Shown: positions 23,051 to 32,513 of the stretch, piece after piece
Layout: the number at the start of each line of letters is the position of its first letter
How positions within the stretch are numbered: the first letter of the stretch is position 1
Assembly (NCBI GenBank): GCA_963713035.1
Contig: CAVQKB010000004.1
Span: 65,419-129,418 of the forward strand
Direction of reading: 5' to 3'
Source of the DNA: an uncultured Actinomycetota bacterium
GTDB taxonomy: Bacteria > Actinomycetota > Actinomycetes > Propionibacteriales > Nocardioidaceae
DNA: 64,000 nt
The notes under the pieces: model-generated
Database searches by the model: none
The model's input: the letters and a program-made list of their open reading frames with translations, nothing else
What the model was told of the DNA's origin: nothing
Made by a program: the position numbers and the translations under genes

Positions 23051-25166
23051 CCAGCGTGTGTCCGTCCAGGGTGCGGATGGTCAGGGTGTCGTTGCCGGCG
23101 CCCAGGTCGAGGGTGGTGGTCCCCCGGTGGGTGGTCTCGACGGTGAAGCGGTCGTCCCCGTAGCCGAGCAGGATGCTGAGGTCCTCGAAGCTGCCGTAGG
23201 TGATCCCACCCGGGAACAGCCGACCTGCCACGTAGCGGTCGGGCGTCATGCCGAGGCCCGTGATCCGGCTGGAGGTCAGCTGGCCGACGTCGTTCTGCGG
23301 GCCGTCCTCGTTGTGGACGATCAGGCGGTCGACCTGCTTGGCCTCGACGGCCTCGCCCTCGGGCGTGTCGATCGGGTCCGGGTGGCCGGAGTCCTCGCCG
23401 GGCAGCATCCAGGGCAGGTAGCCGTCGAGCGCCAGGTTGAGACCGGAGATGTGGTCGTCGCCGCCGTCGACGTACAGCGGGCCCTGGATCGAGGTGACCC
23501 GGCGGGCCTGGGGTGCGAACTCCTGGATGACGCCGCCGTCGACGATCCCGTCGGCGATGGCGGTGAGCGTGACCGTGACCGGGATCCACCAGTTGGTCGC
23601 GTCGAAGGTGACCGAGCTCTGGCTCAACGTCACCTGCTGACGGGTGCAGCCGGCGCCGGGGTTGCAGGTGTACTCGATGCCGTCCGCGGTGACCTTGCCG
23701 GTGGCGGAGACCTGCGGGGTGAGGTTGACGACCACCGTCGTGGTGGGGGCCTTGGTCAGCCGGACGGTGATGGTGTCGGTGCGGCCGCCCTCGACGAGCC
23801 GGGTCGTTCCGTCGGACTCCTCGATCAGGACGCCCGCGGTGTCGTTGTCGCCCACGTTCACCACGACGGTGGGCACGACCACTCCGGGGATCTCGAGGAC
23901 CGCGACCGAGCTGCCCACTCCCATCGCCCCGAGGCCTGAGGTCTGCCAGGCCTCGAGGACCGTGAGGGTGGTCGCGGTGTTGGAGGCGACCGTGCGGTAC
24001 TGCCCGCCGCCCGTGACCCCGTCGACGATCCGGACCAGCGAGCCGGACAGACCGCCACCGGTGGTCGGCAGCGCGGGACCGCTCAGGGTGAGCGTCCTGC
24101 CACCGTCGGTGATCTTGGTGACCGTGCCACCGACGAGCCCGTTGGTGACCGGAGGGACGAAGCCGGTGATGACGTAGCGGTCACCGGTCGCGACGACGCC
24201 GTCGAAGTCGGCGTCCGCCACCACGATGTCGCCGGTGGTGGCCCAGACGTGGCGGACCTCGCCGGCGGCACGTCCTGAGGTCATCCGGATCAGGTAGCCG
24301 CGGACGTTGGCCGTGCCGAGCTTGCCGGCCTCGACGACGAACTCGTCGGCCCGTCCGGTCTGCCGCGACCACGCCGCTCCACTCGTCGGCGGTGAAGTCA
24401 CGGTCGTCGTGATGTAGCCGGCGTGGAAGCCCTCGACCACCGTGTCGTCGATGGCACGGACCTCGACGTCGACGGCGCCCCAGCCGGCGGCGGTGAAGGT
24501 GAGGGCCAGCGTGCTGGACCAGTCGCCCGCACCGACCCGGAACTGGAGCTGCCGGTCGCCGTCCAGGGTCAGCGTGGTGGTGCTGGTGGGCTGGCGGGTA
24601 GCTCGACCCGGTAGGTGCGGCGCTTCTTGACCGCGGCTGGGTCGGTGTCGGCGTTGGCGTCTCCCTCGACGACCACCAGCCCGGCGCTGGGCTCGGTCAC
24701 GATGACGTCGGCACCGTCGTCGTCCAGGGTGCGGACCAGCAGGTTGGCGACCTGGAGACCGGCGTAGTCGCCCGTGGACACGACCCGGGTCTGGATCGGC
24801 GTCCAGGTCTCGCCCTCGGCCCCGTCGTCGTCGATGGCGCGGACCTGGACGGTGCGAGCGGTGTCCCAGTTGGCCGCGGTGAAGGCGATCGTCACCGCGA
24901 AGTCCCAGCGCCCACCGTCGAGCGACAGCTCGATCGCACGGTTCCGGGACACCTTGGTGGGGTCCTCCGGCGGAGCGTTGACGGTCAGGGTGACGGTCTC
25001 TCCCGGCCGCGGCTGCTTGGACAGCTTGACGGTGTACGTCGCGGGGACGCCCGCGCCGGCGCGCTCGCGCACGGTGACGCCGCCGCTCGGCGGGTCGAAG
25101 ACGATCGCCGGGGCGTCCGCGTCCACGATCTCCGCGGCGATGCCGTCGACCGGGATGCCCCTCCAC
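22896..25166 (-). CDS. Giant protein fragment (real ~23050-24596)
   Basis: 'ATRQPTSTTTLTLDGDRQLQFRVGAGDWSSTLALTFTAAGWGAVDVEVRAIDDTVVEG...' through to 'DLGAGNDTLTIRTLDGHTLV'. The first ~190 aa of the track ORF are junk. Confidence 0.75.
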   Translation of the reverse strand: MEGHPGRRHRRGDRGRGRPGDRLRPAERRRHRARARRRGRPRDVHRQAVQAAAAGRDRHPDRQRSAGGPHQGVPEPCDRAVARRWALGLRGDDRLHRGQLGHRSHRPGPRHRRRRGRGRDLDADPDPGRVHGRLRRSPGRQPAGPHPGRRRCRRHRDRAQRRAGGRRGRRQRRHRPSRGQEAPHLPGRATRQPTSTTTLTLDGDRQLQFRVGAGDWSSTLALTFTAAGWGAVDVEVRAIDDTVVEGFHAGYITTTVTSPPTSGAAWSRQTGRADEFVVEAGKLGTANVRGYLIRMTSGRAAGEVRHVWATTGDIVVADADFDGVVATGDRYVITGFVPPVTNGLVGGTVTKITDGGRTLTLSGPALPTTGGGLSGSLVRIVDGVTGGGQYRTVASNTATTLTVLEAWQTSGLGAMGVGSSVAVLEIPGVVVPTVVVNVGDNDTAGVLIEESDGTTRLVEGGRTDTITVRLTKAPTTTVVVNLTPQVSATGKVTADGIEYTCNPGAGCTRQQVTLSQSSVTFDATNWWIPVTVTLTAIADGIVDGGVIQEFAPQARRVTSIQGPLYVDGGDDHISGLNLALDGYLPWMLPGEDSGHPDPIDTPEGEAVEAKQVDRLIVHNEDGPQNDVGQLTSSRITGLGMTPDRYVAGRLFPGGITYGSFEDLSILLGYGDDRFTVETTHRGTTTLDLGAGNDTLTIRTLDGHTLVRVAPATTRSPSGPPVTGSTSCSPSSPSTGEPAATVWSWTTPPTPAAPWAG

Positions 25167-26566
25167 CGGGTGTCGCTGCTCTCCACCCCGGAGAACACCA
25201 GCCCGCTGTGCCCGAGCAGGTCGTCGGCGACGACGGCCGGAGCCCGTCCTGCGACCTCGATCTTGTCGCTGCCGAGCCCGCCGAAGATGTAGGTCTCGAC
25301 GAGCGGGTTGGTCGACTGCACGTAGATCTCGTCGTCGCCCTGCATCGTCTCGAGCATCAGCCGCTCGATGTTCACGAAGCCCACGTAGCGGCCGGCGCCG
25401 TACACACCGTTCTTGGTGACGACGAAGGCGTCCTTGACCTCGGTGCCGACCACGATGACCGTGTCGTAGCCGCTGCCGCCGTCGATCTGCACCGGGGCGT
25501 TGATGACGTACTGCGTCAGGTCGCGCCCCTCACCGGTGTCGACGGTGGTCTTGTCGGACTGCAGCGAGGCGGGGTCGGACTGCGCAGGAAGGTGCGGACG
25601 ATGAACGTGTCGTCCCCGCGTCCCCGTTGAGCTGCAGGGTGGCGACGTTGCGGAACACCTCGACGAGTCGTTGCCCGAGCCGCCGTTCACCGTGGCCGGG
25701 TAGGAGACGCCGCGGGTCAGGTAGCCGCGGGTGGTGAGCACGAAGTCGGTCAACGGGACCGCCACGGCGAGGGCGCCACCCGGGGCCACCGGGGTGAACA
25801 GCTGACCGATGCGGAAGACGTCGTTGCCCTCGTCGCCGTTGACGGTGACCGTGGTCGAGGTGTCGTCCAAGGCGAAGGCGTCGTCGCCGCCGAGTCCGTT
25901 GACGATGACGCCACCGTTGACGCCCTCGTCGTAGTGCACCAGCTCGGCGTCGAAGAAGAGGCCGCGGCTGTCCCGGTCGGAGAGGTTGGCGATCAGGTTC
26001 TTGCGGAGCAGGAAGGTGTCACCCGAGGCGCTGCCGCTGACGACGAGGAGGTTGACGTCGGTGCCCACCACTTCGCTAATCGATCGATGTCGATGTCGCT
26101 TGACTGTCTGAGGTGCGAGGTGCCACCTGTCTGGCCGTCGGCGTTGACGACGTTCCAGGGTGTAGACGAGGTAGCGGTCGCTGCCGGTGGCCGCCGTCGC
26201 AGCTTCGAGGGCGCCCGCCGAGGCCGTTGGGCTCGTTGGGAACGCTGTAGCCGTTGACGACCAGCCAGTCGTCACCCGCCTGGGTGTCGACGACGGTGGG
26301 CGCCGCCCGTGCTCTCCAGGAACGACCCGGTCGTCGCCCGCCCCGGTGGATGACGGTGCTCGGTCCGGTGAGGGTCGAGTCGACGACCAGGACGTCGTTG
26401 CCGGAGCCGAGGCCCAGCGGTGAAGACGTCGAAGCCGGCGTAGGTCGACCAGGCCGTCGGTCGAGTCCTGGACGGTGGTGACGAGGGTGCTTGCCGGACT
26501 GCGGGGGTGAGGCCGAGCGCGACGGTTGACCGCCATCGTGAGCTCGGCTGCCCCAGCCGGCGGCAC
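24569..26566 (-). CDS. Giant protein fragment (largely real ~24600-26080, with a triple-indel patch at 25590-25680)
   Basis: 'NGLGGDDAFALDDTSTTVTVNGDEGNDVFRIGQ', 'IDGGSGYDTVIVVGTEVKDAFVVTKNG', and 'TYTVKLSKQPRPGETVTLTVNAP...FTAANWDTARTVQVRAIDDDGAEGE' (cadherin/Calx-like beta-sandwich signature). Confidence 0.75.
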   Translation of the reverse strand: MPPAGAAELTMAVNRRARPHPRSPASTLVTTVQDSTDGLVDLRRLRRLHRWASAPATTSWSSTRPSPDRAPSSTGAGDDRVVPGEHGRRPPSSTPRRVTTGWSSTATAFPTSPTASAGALEAATAATGSDRYLVYTLERRQRRRPDRWHLAPQTVKRHRHRSISEVVGTDVNLLVVSGSASGDTFLLRKNLIANLSDRDSRGLFFDAELVHYDEGVNGGVIVNGLGGDDAFALDDTSTTVTVNGDEGNDVFRIGQLFTPVAPGGALAVAVPLTDFVLTTRGYLTRGVSYPATVNGGSGNDSSRCSATSPPCSSTGTRGRHVHRPHLPAQSDPASLQSDKTTVDTGEGRDLTQYVINAPVQIDGGSGYDTVIVVGTEVKDAFVVTKNGVYGAGRYVGFVNIERLMLETMQGDDEIYVQSTNPLVETYIFGGLGSDKIEVAGRAPAVVADDLLGHSGLVFSGVESSDTRWRGIPVDGIAAEIVDADAPAIVFDPPSGGVTVRERAGAGVPATYTVKLSKQPRPGETVTLTVNAPPEDPTKVSRNRAIELSLDGGRWDFAVTIAFTAANWDTARTVQVRAIDDDGAEGETWTPIQTRVVSTGDYAGLQVANLLVRTLDDDGADVIVTEPSAGLVVVEGDANADTDPAAVKKRRTYRVELPASPPAPPR

Positions 26567-27629
26567 CGGCCAGTGCGCCGATGAACCGGATCGTCCAGCT
26601 GCCGCCGGCCTTCCAGACCATCACGTTGCCGACGCCGACCGTGGTGAGGGCCTCCAGCGCTGCGGTGACCTTGGCCGCGGTCGCGTCGAAGTCCAGCTCC
26701 CGCGTGGTCTAGCCGGCCGACGGTGATGGTGAAGCGACCGGTCTTGGCGCCGCTCGACCGTCACGGTCTGGATCCGGTCTGGGCCTTGACGAGTCGATGG
26801 AGCCGTTCAGGGTCCATCCCCAGGCCGGACAGCGTGACTCTGGTCAGCAGGCCGATGACCCGTGCGGTGTCGCCGGTGCCGACGACCGTCGAGGGTGTCG
26901 GACCGGGGCCGCCGACGAGCGTGAGCAGAGCCGCGATCGCCGAGCAGCGAGGACGACCGGACGTCGGGGTGCCGACCCGGACGGTGTCGTTGCCGTAGCC
27001 CAGGTCGATGTCGGTGGGGCCGGACACGGTCTGCCAGAAGGACCGTGTCGTTGCCGCGTTGCCGGTGGTGATGCTGGTCGGTGATGCCGGGCCGGCGATG
27101 GTGCTGAGGACGGTGAGGGTGTCGTTGCCGGTGCCGAGGTCCAGCCGCAGCGCTCGAACGCGAGGTAGTCGACACCGGAGAAGGTATCCAGACCGGTCGA
27201 CCTTGATGTGGGTGAGCGTGCCGGTGTTGTCGTCGGCGTCGCCGGTGTCGTCGAGCCACACGAAGTCGGTGCCGTCGCCGCCGACCAGGGTCAGGCGGTG
27301 GTCGATGTCGTCGAGGATCCGCCGCTGTTGACGACGCCACCCCGCCCCCGGTGCCGAAGGCAGCGCCCGGGTGCCGACCGCGATGTGTCGTTGCCGAGCC
27401 CGGTGTGGATGTCGTGGGCGACCAGGTGCGGCGGACCAGGACCCGGTTGTCGCCGGCGAAGGTCTCCACGTGGACGCCCTCGAGGGTGTCGTGCCGGATG
27501 CTCGAGGCCTCCGCGCCCTGCTCGGAGGAGGCGATCGCGCCGTCCGTGCCAGCCGTGTCGATCTGGACCGTCTCGCTGTTGCTGGTGCCCTGGGTCCAGA
27601 GCACGTCGGTGCCGTGCCGCCATGGAGGG

Positions 27630-29060
27630 TCAGTCGCTGGGCGATCGTCGCGGCGGTCGCGGAGTCAGGCCGCGTGGACCCCCGGGTCGAGACGACGAAC
27701 GTGTCGTTGCCGGCCTCGCCGGACAGGATCGCCGCGCCGGTCCAGCCGGCGACCTCGTAGGCCAGGACGCCGACGGCAAGCCTGCCGTCACCGTCGCCGA
27801 TGAGGAAGGTGTTGCCCGACGAGCCGCCCGGTGAGCTCGGCGTTCTCGAAGATCCCCCCGAGCCGCTCCACCACTCCGGAGGCGAAGTCGGTGCCCGGGG
27901 CCGCCGACCGCACGGTGCCGACGACGAACCAGTCGTCGGAGAGGAAGAAGTCGCGGTCGAAGGTCTCGACCAGCGTGTCGTTGCCGCGCGGCGTCGCTGA
28001 ACACGTCGGTGCCCTCGCCGCCGGTGACGCGATCGTCGCCGGTGCCACCGTCGATGACGTCGTCGAAGCGGCTGCCGATGAGGCGGTCGTTGCCGGCACC
28101 GCCCTCGAGCGTCAGGGCGGCGCGATCGACTGTCAGACCCGAGGCGTCGATGACGTCGTCTCCGGCGAGTCCCGCGACGGTGACGGCGTCGCGCTCCGAG
28201 CGCAGGGACTGCGCCACGTCCACGTGGTAGGCGAGGACGTCGAAGGCCTTCGTCGTCGCGTTGTACTGGCGCCGGGTGACGCGCAGGGCCGGCAGCGAGT
28301 CGATGCCCTGGTCGACCGCGTCCACGAGCGTGAAGCCGTCGCGGTTCGCGGTGCCCTCGATGGTCAGGGAGTCGGCGGCGCGGTCGTCGGAGTAGCGGAT
28401 GTCGGGCACGATCATGGTCTGGCCGCTGCCCGGCGCCGTCTCGACGGTCTTGGTGCCGTTGTTGGTGGCCAACCGACCGAAGCGCACGTTGACGTACTTC
28501 ACGCCGGCACCGGCCAGGTCGCCGAGGCGGAACGAGTCCGCACCGGCGCCGCCGTCGAGGGTGAGGGCCTCGAAGCCGGTCAGGTCCAGCGTCGTCGCGG
28601 ACGAGGTGGTCCACACCAGGGACAGTGCGTTGGCCCCGGCGGAGGTCACCTTCACGTTGTCGTTGGCGCTGCCGAAGCTGAGCATCAGCCAGTCGCCGTA
28701 GCCCTTGTTGACCGACGTCGAGCTGTCCGCGCCCGCCACCCGGTCGCCGACCTCGTCGTCGAGGCCGTCGCCCCGGACGACCAGCCCGTCGCCCTGCTGC
28801 CCGTCGAGGGTGACCAGCACGAGGTTGCTTCCGGCGCCGCCCTGGTAGACCTTGGCCCGACCCTGGAGCACGTCGTTGCCGCTGCCGCCGAGCAGCACGT
28901 CCGTGACCGTGTTGCCGTAGAGCTTGTCGTCGCCCGCGCCGCCCTTGAGGGTCGCCGTACCGGTCCCGGTGTGGATCAGGAAGTCGTTGCCGGCGCCACC
29001 CTCGAGCGTGCCCGAGCCGACGGTCGACAGGTAGTCGTCGCCCCCGCCGCCCCTGATCAC
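27630..29060 (-). CDS. Giant protein fragment (real ~27986-29060): GGxGxD calcium-binding-type repeats
   Basis: 'GGGGDDYLSTVGSGTLEGGAGNDFLIHTGTGTATLKGGAGDDKLYGN...LLGGSGNDVLQG' and 'LEGGAGNDRLIGSRFDDVIDGGTGDDRVTGGEGTDVF'. It becomes junk after ~27986 and continues in ORF 27788..28099 ('GNDTLVETFDRDFFLSDDWFVVGT'). Confidence 0.75.
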   Translation of the reverse strand: MIRGGGGDDYLSTVGSGTLEGGAGNDFLIHTGTGTATLKGGAGDDKLYGNTVTDVLLGGSGNDVLQGRAKVYQGGAGSNLVLVTLDGQQGDGLVVRGDGLDDEVGDRVAGADSSTSVNKGYGDWLMLSFGSANDNVKVTSAGANALSLVWTTSSATTLDLTGFEALTLDGGAGADSFRLGDLAGAGVKYVNVRFGRLATNNGTKTVETAPGSGQTMIVPDIRYSDDRAADSLTIEGTANRDGFTLVDAVDQGIDSLPALRVTRRQYNATTKAFDVLAYHVDVAQSLRSERDAVTVAGLAGDDVIDASGLTVDRAALTLEGGAGNDRLIGSRFDDVIDGGTGDDRVTGGEGTDVFSDAARQRHAGRDLRPRLLPLRRLVRRRHRAVGGPGHRLRLRSGGAARGDLRERRAHRAARRATPSSSATVTAGLPSASWPTRSPAGPARRSCPARPATTRSSSRPGGPRGLTPRPPRRSPSD

Positions 29061-29348
29061 GCTGGCCAGGTTGCTGCCCGCGAAGGTGATGACGTCGTTG
29101 CCCTCGCCGCCGTCGATCTCGACCGGGAGCAGGACGTCGTCGCGGATGATGACGGTGTCGTTGCCGTCGCCGAAGTCGCCGAGGACCTTGGTGACGTTGT
29201 CGTAGGTCGTGCTGCGACCGAAGGCCGTGACCTTGATGGAGCCCCGGTCGCGTCGCCGCCGACCTGCTCGATGACGTAGGTCTCCGACGTCTCGGCCTGG
29301 CCGATGTTGCGGCGCGTCGCGCAGGGTCGAGCGAGCCGACGTTGAGCT

Positions 29349-29807
29349 TCAGCTCGCCGCCGTTCCACCCGCGGTTGCCGTTGGTGCCGTCGCTGCCGAG
29401 GAGATCGGCTTGGGGATCCGCAGGTAGCCGACGGTGAAGGTCGCGTCGCCACCGATGGAGAACAGGCCGAAGTCGACCTCGACCCGGACGGTCAGCCGGA
29501 TCGGGACCTCGCCGTCGGCGTTGCCGTCCTTGGTGTCCAGCACGAAGCGGAAGCCGACGTCGATGCCGCCCAGGCTGATGCCGAAGGCGCGGACGCTGAC
29601 CGAGGCGCTGCCGCTGAGCTCGAAGCGGTAGGTGCCGATGTCGGCCCCGTGTCGCGGTACTGCGAGATGACCCGGATGTCGAAGTCGCCGCGGAGGCCGA
29701 AGTCGTCGGACCCGAGGGTGAGCCGCCCGTTGAGGCCGATGTTGAAGTTGCCCTTCGGAGTCCAGGGTCACGTCGCCGCTAAGGGTGGCCAGGCCGAAGA
29801 AGCTCAT
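29349..29807 (-). CDS. Giant protein fragment: F/G-rich beta region
   Basis: 'MSFFGLATLSGDVTLDS', then junk, then 'IGTYRFELSGSASVSVRAFGISLGGIDVGFRFVLDTKDGNADGEVPIRLTVRVEVDFGLFSIGGDATFTVGYLRIPKPI'. Confidence 0.65.
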   Translation of the reverse strand: MSFFGLATLSGDVTLDSEGQLQHRPQRAAHPRVRRLRPPRRLRHPGHLAVPRHGADIGTYRFELSGSASVSVRAFGISLGGIDVGFRFVLDTKDGNADGEVPIRLTVRVEVDFGLFSIGGDATFTVGYLRIPKPISSAATAPTATAGGTAAS

Positions 29808-30570
29808 CCGGGCGCGCGGCCTTGAGCTGCCAGAAGCCCTTGCTCACGGTGAAGGTGAGCCGGGCATCCATCGTGAAGACCTTGAGCACCGAGAGCTTGC
29901 CGGTCACGTCGAGCGTGAAGGTGTTGGCGGCGATCCCCAGCCGCGCGGAGCCGGTCGTGTTGATCGCGATGGTGCCGTCGGCCTGGATCTCGAAGATGTC
30001 CCCGCCGCCGCCGGCGTGCACCGACAGCAGCAGCGCGAAGCCGTCGGCGTAGACCCCGGCGCCGCCCTTGGCGCCGAAGCTGATCCCGCCGATGCTGAAG
30101 CCGATGTCGAACTTGAGCTCCAGACCGCCGGGACCGACGCGGATCTCGACCGAGCCGGTGCCGCTGACCGCCTTGAGGTCGATGCCGCCGGAGATGCGGA
30201 CCAGGAAGCCCGGGTCGACCGCCGAGCTGCCCAGGACGACGGTGCTGCCGCTGGTGTTCACCGCCAGCACGACGGAGACGCCGCCACCGAGGCCGAAGCC
30301 CTGGAACGCGGTCTCGACCTTCAGTTCGACCTCGACCCGGGCGACCAGACCGGAGGCGTCGATCCGGAAGCCGCTGTTGGTGATCGTGACGTCGCCCAGC
30401 GGGGCGAGGGCGAGCTTCCCGTTGACGATCAGCTCGATGGCCGGGTTGGCGCCCCCCAGCTCGATGCGGAAGTCGACCGAGCCCTTGATGGTGACGAGGT
30501 CGCGGACCACGAGGTCACCGAACATGGTGAGCTTGAAGCCGGCGACGACGCCGATCTGCTGGTCGACCAC
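29779..30570 (-). CDS. Giant protein fragment: F/G-rich beta region, 0.8 kb intact
   Basis: 'VVAGFKLTMFGDLVVRDLVTIKGSVDFRIELGG...VEVELKVETAFQGFGLGGGVSVVLAVNTSG...LELKFDIGFSIGGISFGAKGGAGVYADGFALLLSVHAGGGGDIFEIQADGTIAINTTG...'. Confidence 0.75.
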   Translation of the reverse strand: MVDQQIGVVAGFKLTMFGDLVVRDLVTIKGSVDFRIELGGANPAIELIVNGKLALAPLGDVTITNSGFRIDASGLVARVEVELKVETAFQGFGLGGGVSVVLAVNTSGSTVVLGSSAVDPGFLVRISGGIDLKAVSGTGSVEIRVGPGGLELKFDIGFSIGGISFGAKGGAGVYADGFALLLSVHAGGGGDIFEIQADGTIAINTTGSARLGIAANTFTLDVTGKLSVLKVFTMDARLTFTVSKGFWQLKAARPDELLRPGHP

Positions 30571-30923
30571 CTTGAGGTTGCCGGCGGCGTCCCGGACGAA
30601 GCCGTTGAAGACCCGCTCGAGTCGCGGGCGACCTCGAAGGTCTGGATGGTCCGGACGTTGGTGAAGGTGTTCAGCTCGAGCAGGAACTGGCCGTTGAGCT
30701 TGACACCGGGGATGGTGTTGCTGCCCAGGGTGAGCTGGATGCGACCGACGACACCGGTCTTGGACGGGTCGACCACGTTGACGAAGGCGGCCAGGTTGAT
30801 CGTGCCGGTGAGGGCTCCGAGCAGCGGGACCTTGGCGCCGACCAGGCCGTCGATCTTGAAGTAGCCGCCGAAGGTCGGGTCGACCGCGCGGGTGATCCCG
30901 ATGTAGCCGTTCAGGGTGATCAC
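30429..30923 (-). CDS. Giant protein fragment: F/G/V/L-rich beta region (real ~30620-30923)
   Basis: 'ITLNGYIGITRAVDPTFGGYFKIDGLVGAKVPLLGALTGTINLAAFVNVVDPSKTGVVGRIQLTLGSNTIPGVKLNGQFLLELNTFTNVRTIQTFEV'. Confidence 0.7.
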   Translation of the reverse strand: MITLNGYIGITRAVDPTFGGYFKIDGLVGAKVPLLGALTGTINLAAFVNVVDPSKTGVVGRIQLTLGSNTIPGVKLNGQFLLELNTFTNVRTIQTFEVARDSSGSSTASSGTPPATSRWSTSRSASSPASSSPCSVTSWSATSSPSRARSTSASSWGAPTRPSS

Positions 30924-31256
30924 GCCGCCGATGAGGATCTCGGCCTTGATGACCGCCTTGACGTAGACCTCGCCGTGGCCGGTGCAGCCGGGTTGCGCTT
31001 GCCGTCGAGCCCCGGGGCGGAGCCGTAGATCGTCAGCTCCGTCGGCTCACCCGGGTCGAAGCTTGTCGAGGAACTCGTCGGGGATGGTGAAGGTGACGTC
31101 CCGCAGGGTGGTGTTGAACATCAGCGTCGTGCTGCCGGTCGCGCTGAACAGCGTCCCGAGACCGGGGAGGCCGATGCCGCCACCCTGGCTCACCGTCATG
31201 CTGCCGGCGACGCCACGGTCGTTGATCACGATGAGCGCCGTGGACCGAGCCGTAGG

Positions 31257-32513
31257 TCAGCTGGCGTCCCCGACGCCGAAGGACAGGGACGGCGTTGGCG
31301 TACATCTGCAGGCGGAACGTGGGTGGAGGCCTCGATGCTGAGCAGGAAGTCGCCCTTGAGCAGCAGCAGGTCGGTCGTGCTGCCCGGGGGCCGCAGCCGC
31401 GCCGTGCCGGTCAGGGCGATGGAGAAGCTGTTGGCCGCCGAGCGTGTAGACGGTCACCTTGTCGGTGCCACCGGCTCCGAGGCCACGCAGTGCGATGGTC
31501 TCGGTCTGCACCACGCCGGTGGTGTTGATCCGCAGCTCGCCGAGGACGATCGAGGTGGATGCCGTACTGCTGCAGCGAGGCGAAGTCGGTCTGCAGGCTC
31601 GCGACGCCCCAGAAGCCGGGCTTGGCGCCGTTGGCCGCAGGAGGTGTTCAGCACGAAGCGGCCCGAGGTGGCGCCGACGGTGCCGAGGCGGAAGATCTTG
31701 AGCTGGCCGTTGAAGGTCAGCGTGAACACGCCACGCGGGTCGATCTCGAAGGTGACGTCGGCCGACAGGTCGACGAGCGGCTCCGGACACGAAGGGCGCG
31801 TAGAGCTGGAGGCCGCCGGAGATCTCGATGAAGAAGGCCTGGGCCGGCTCGATCAGGGTCAGCGTGTCCACGCTGCCGGTGCCGAGGTTGCTGTCGGTGT
31901 CGGCCCACGAGCCCGCCTTCACGGTCACCGTCATGGTGCCCGCAGTCACGTCGTCACCGGTGAGCAGGTAGCGGAAGGTGGTGCCGTCGACCCGAAGACC
32001 GAGCCGTTGAGGGCGTCGGTGATCGCGGTGAGGCCGCCGGAACCGGCGCCGGCCAGGACCAGCTCGTCCCCGTTGACGGTGGCACATGTCCAGCTTCGCG
32101 CCGCCGACCGGCGTGTAGCTCAGGTCGATCCAGGTCCGCTTGGCGAAGGCGGCGGTCGTCGTGTCCTCGACGGTCGGCCGGTTGACGTGTTGTCGGTCGG
32201 GCCGGCCGGGACCGGGTTGTTGACCTTGACGGCGGTGCCTGACGAGTCGGTCCAGCTGTTGTCGATCCAGCTGAATCCGAGGCCGCCGCCGGTCCAGCCG
32301 AGGAAGAAGTAGCGGTAGGTGTCGGAGACCTGGACGGTGTCGACGCCGCTCGACCTTGACGGTCTTGGAGAGCCGCATCGGGGCGCCGAGCACGACGATC
32401 CGGTCGCCCTTGGAGCTGGTCAGGGTGAACTCGAGGCCCTGGTCGAGGATGCTCGCCGCGTCCATGCCGGGCTTGAACGTGATGTCGACCCAGCCGCGGC
32501 TGTTGATGTCCAC
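31257..32513 (-). CDS. Giant protein fragment: Ig-like modules, multiply interrupted
   Basis: Real islands 'INSRGWVDITFKPGMDAASILDQGLEFTLTSSKGDRIVVLGAPMRL', 'VDGTTFRYLLTGDDVTAGTMTVTVKAGSWADTDSNLGTGSVDTLTLIEP' and 'IVLGELRINTTGVVQTETIALRGLGAGGTDKVTVY', separated by Arg/Pro junk. Confidence 0.65.
   Translation of the reverse strand: MDINSRGWVDITFKPGMDAASILDQGLEFTLTSSKGDRIVVLGAPMRLSKTVKVERRRHRPGLRHLPLLLPRLDRRRPRIQLDRQQLDRLVRHRRQGQQPGPGRPDRQHVNRPTVEDTTTAAFAKRTWIDLSYTPVGGAKLDMCHRQRGRAGPGRRRFRRPHRDHRRPQRLGLRVDGTTFRYLLTGDDVTAGTMTVTVKAGSWADTDSNLGTGSVDTLTLIEPAQAFFIEISGGLQLYAPFVSGAARRPVGRRHLRDRPAWRVHADLQRPAQDLPPRHRRRHLGPLRAEHLLRPTAPSPASGASRACRPTSPRCSSTASTSIVLGELRINTTGVVQTETIALRGLGAGGTDKVTVYTLGGQQLLHRPDRHGAAAAPGQHDRPAAAQGRLPAQHRGLHPRSACRCTPTPSLSFGVGDAS

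Noticed and set aside
17437-23163. 1908-aa plus-strand ORF, and similar plus-strand ORFs at 36298..38697, 42756..45236 and 52279..59085
   Set aside because: All are antisense to the giant gene. Their Gly/Arg/Asp/Ala-rich translations mirror the sense-strand repeat codons (GNC/GAC-rich) and lack any start context or domain signature.
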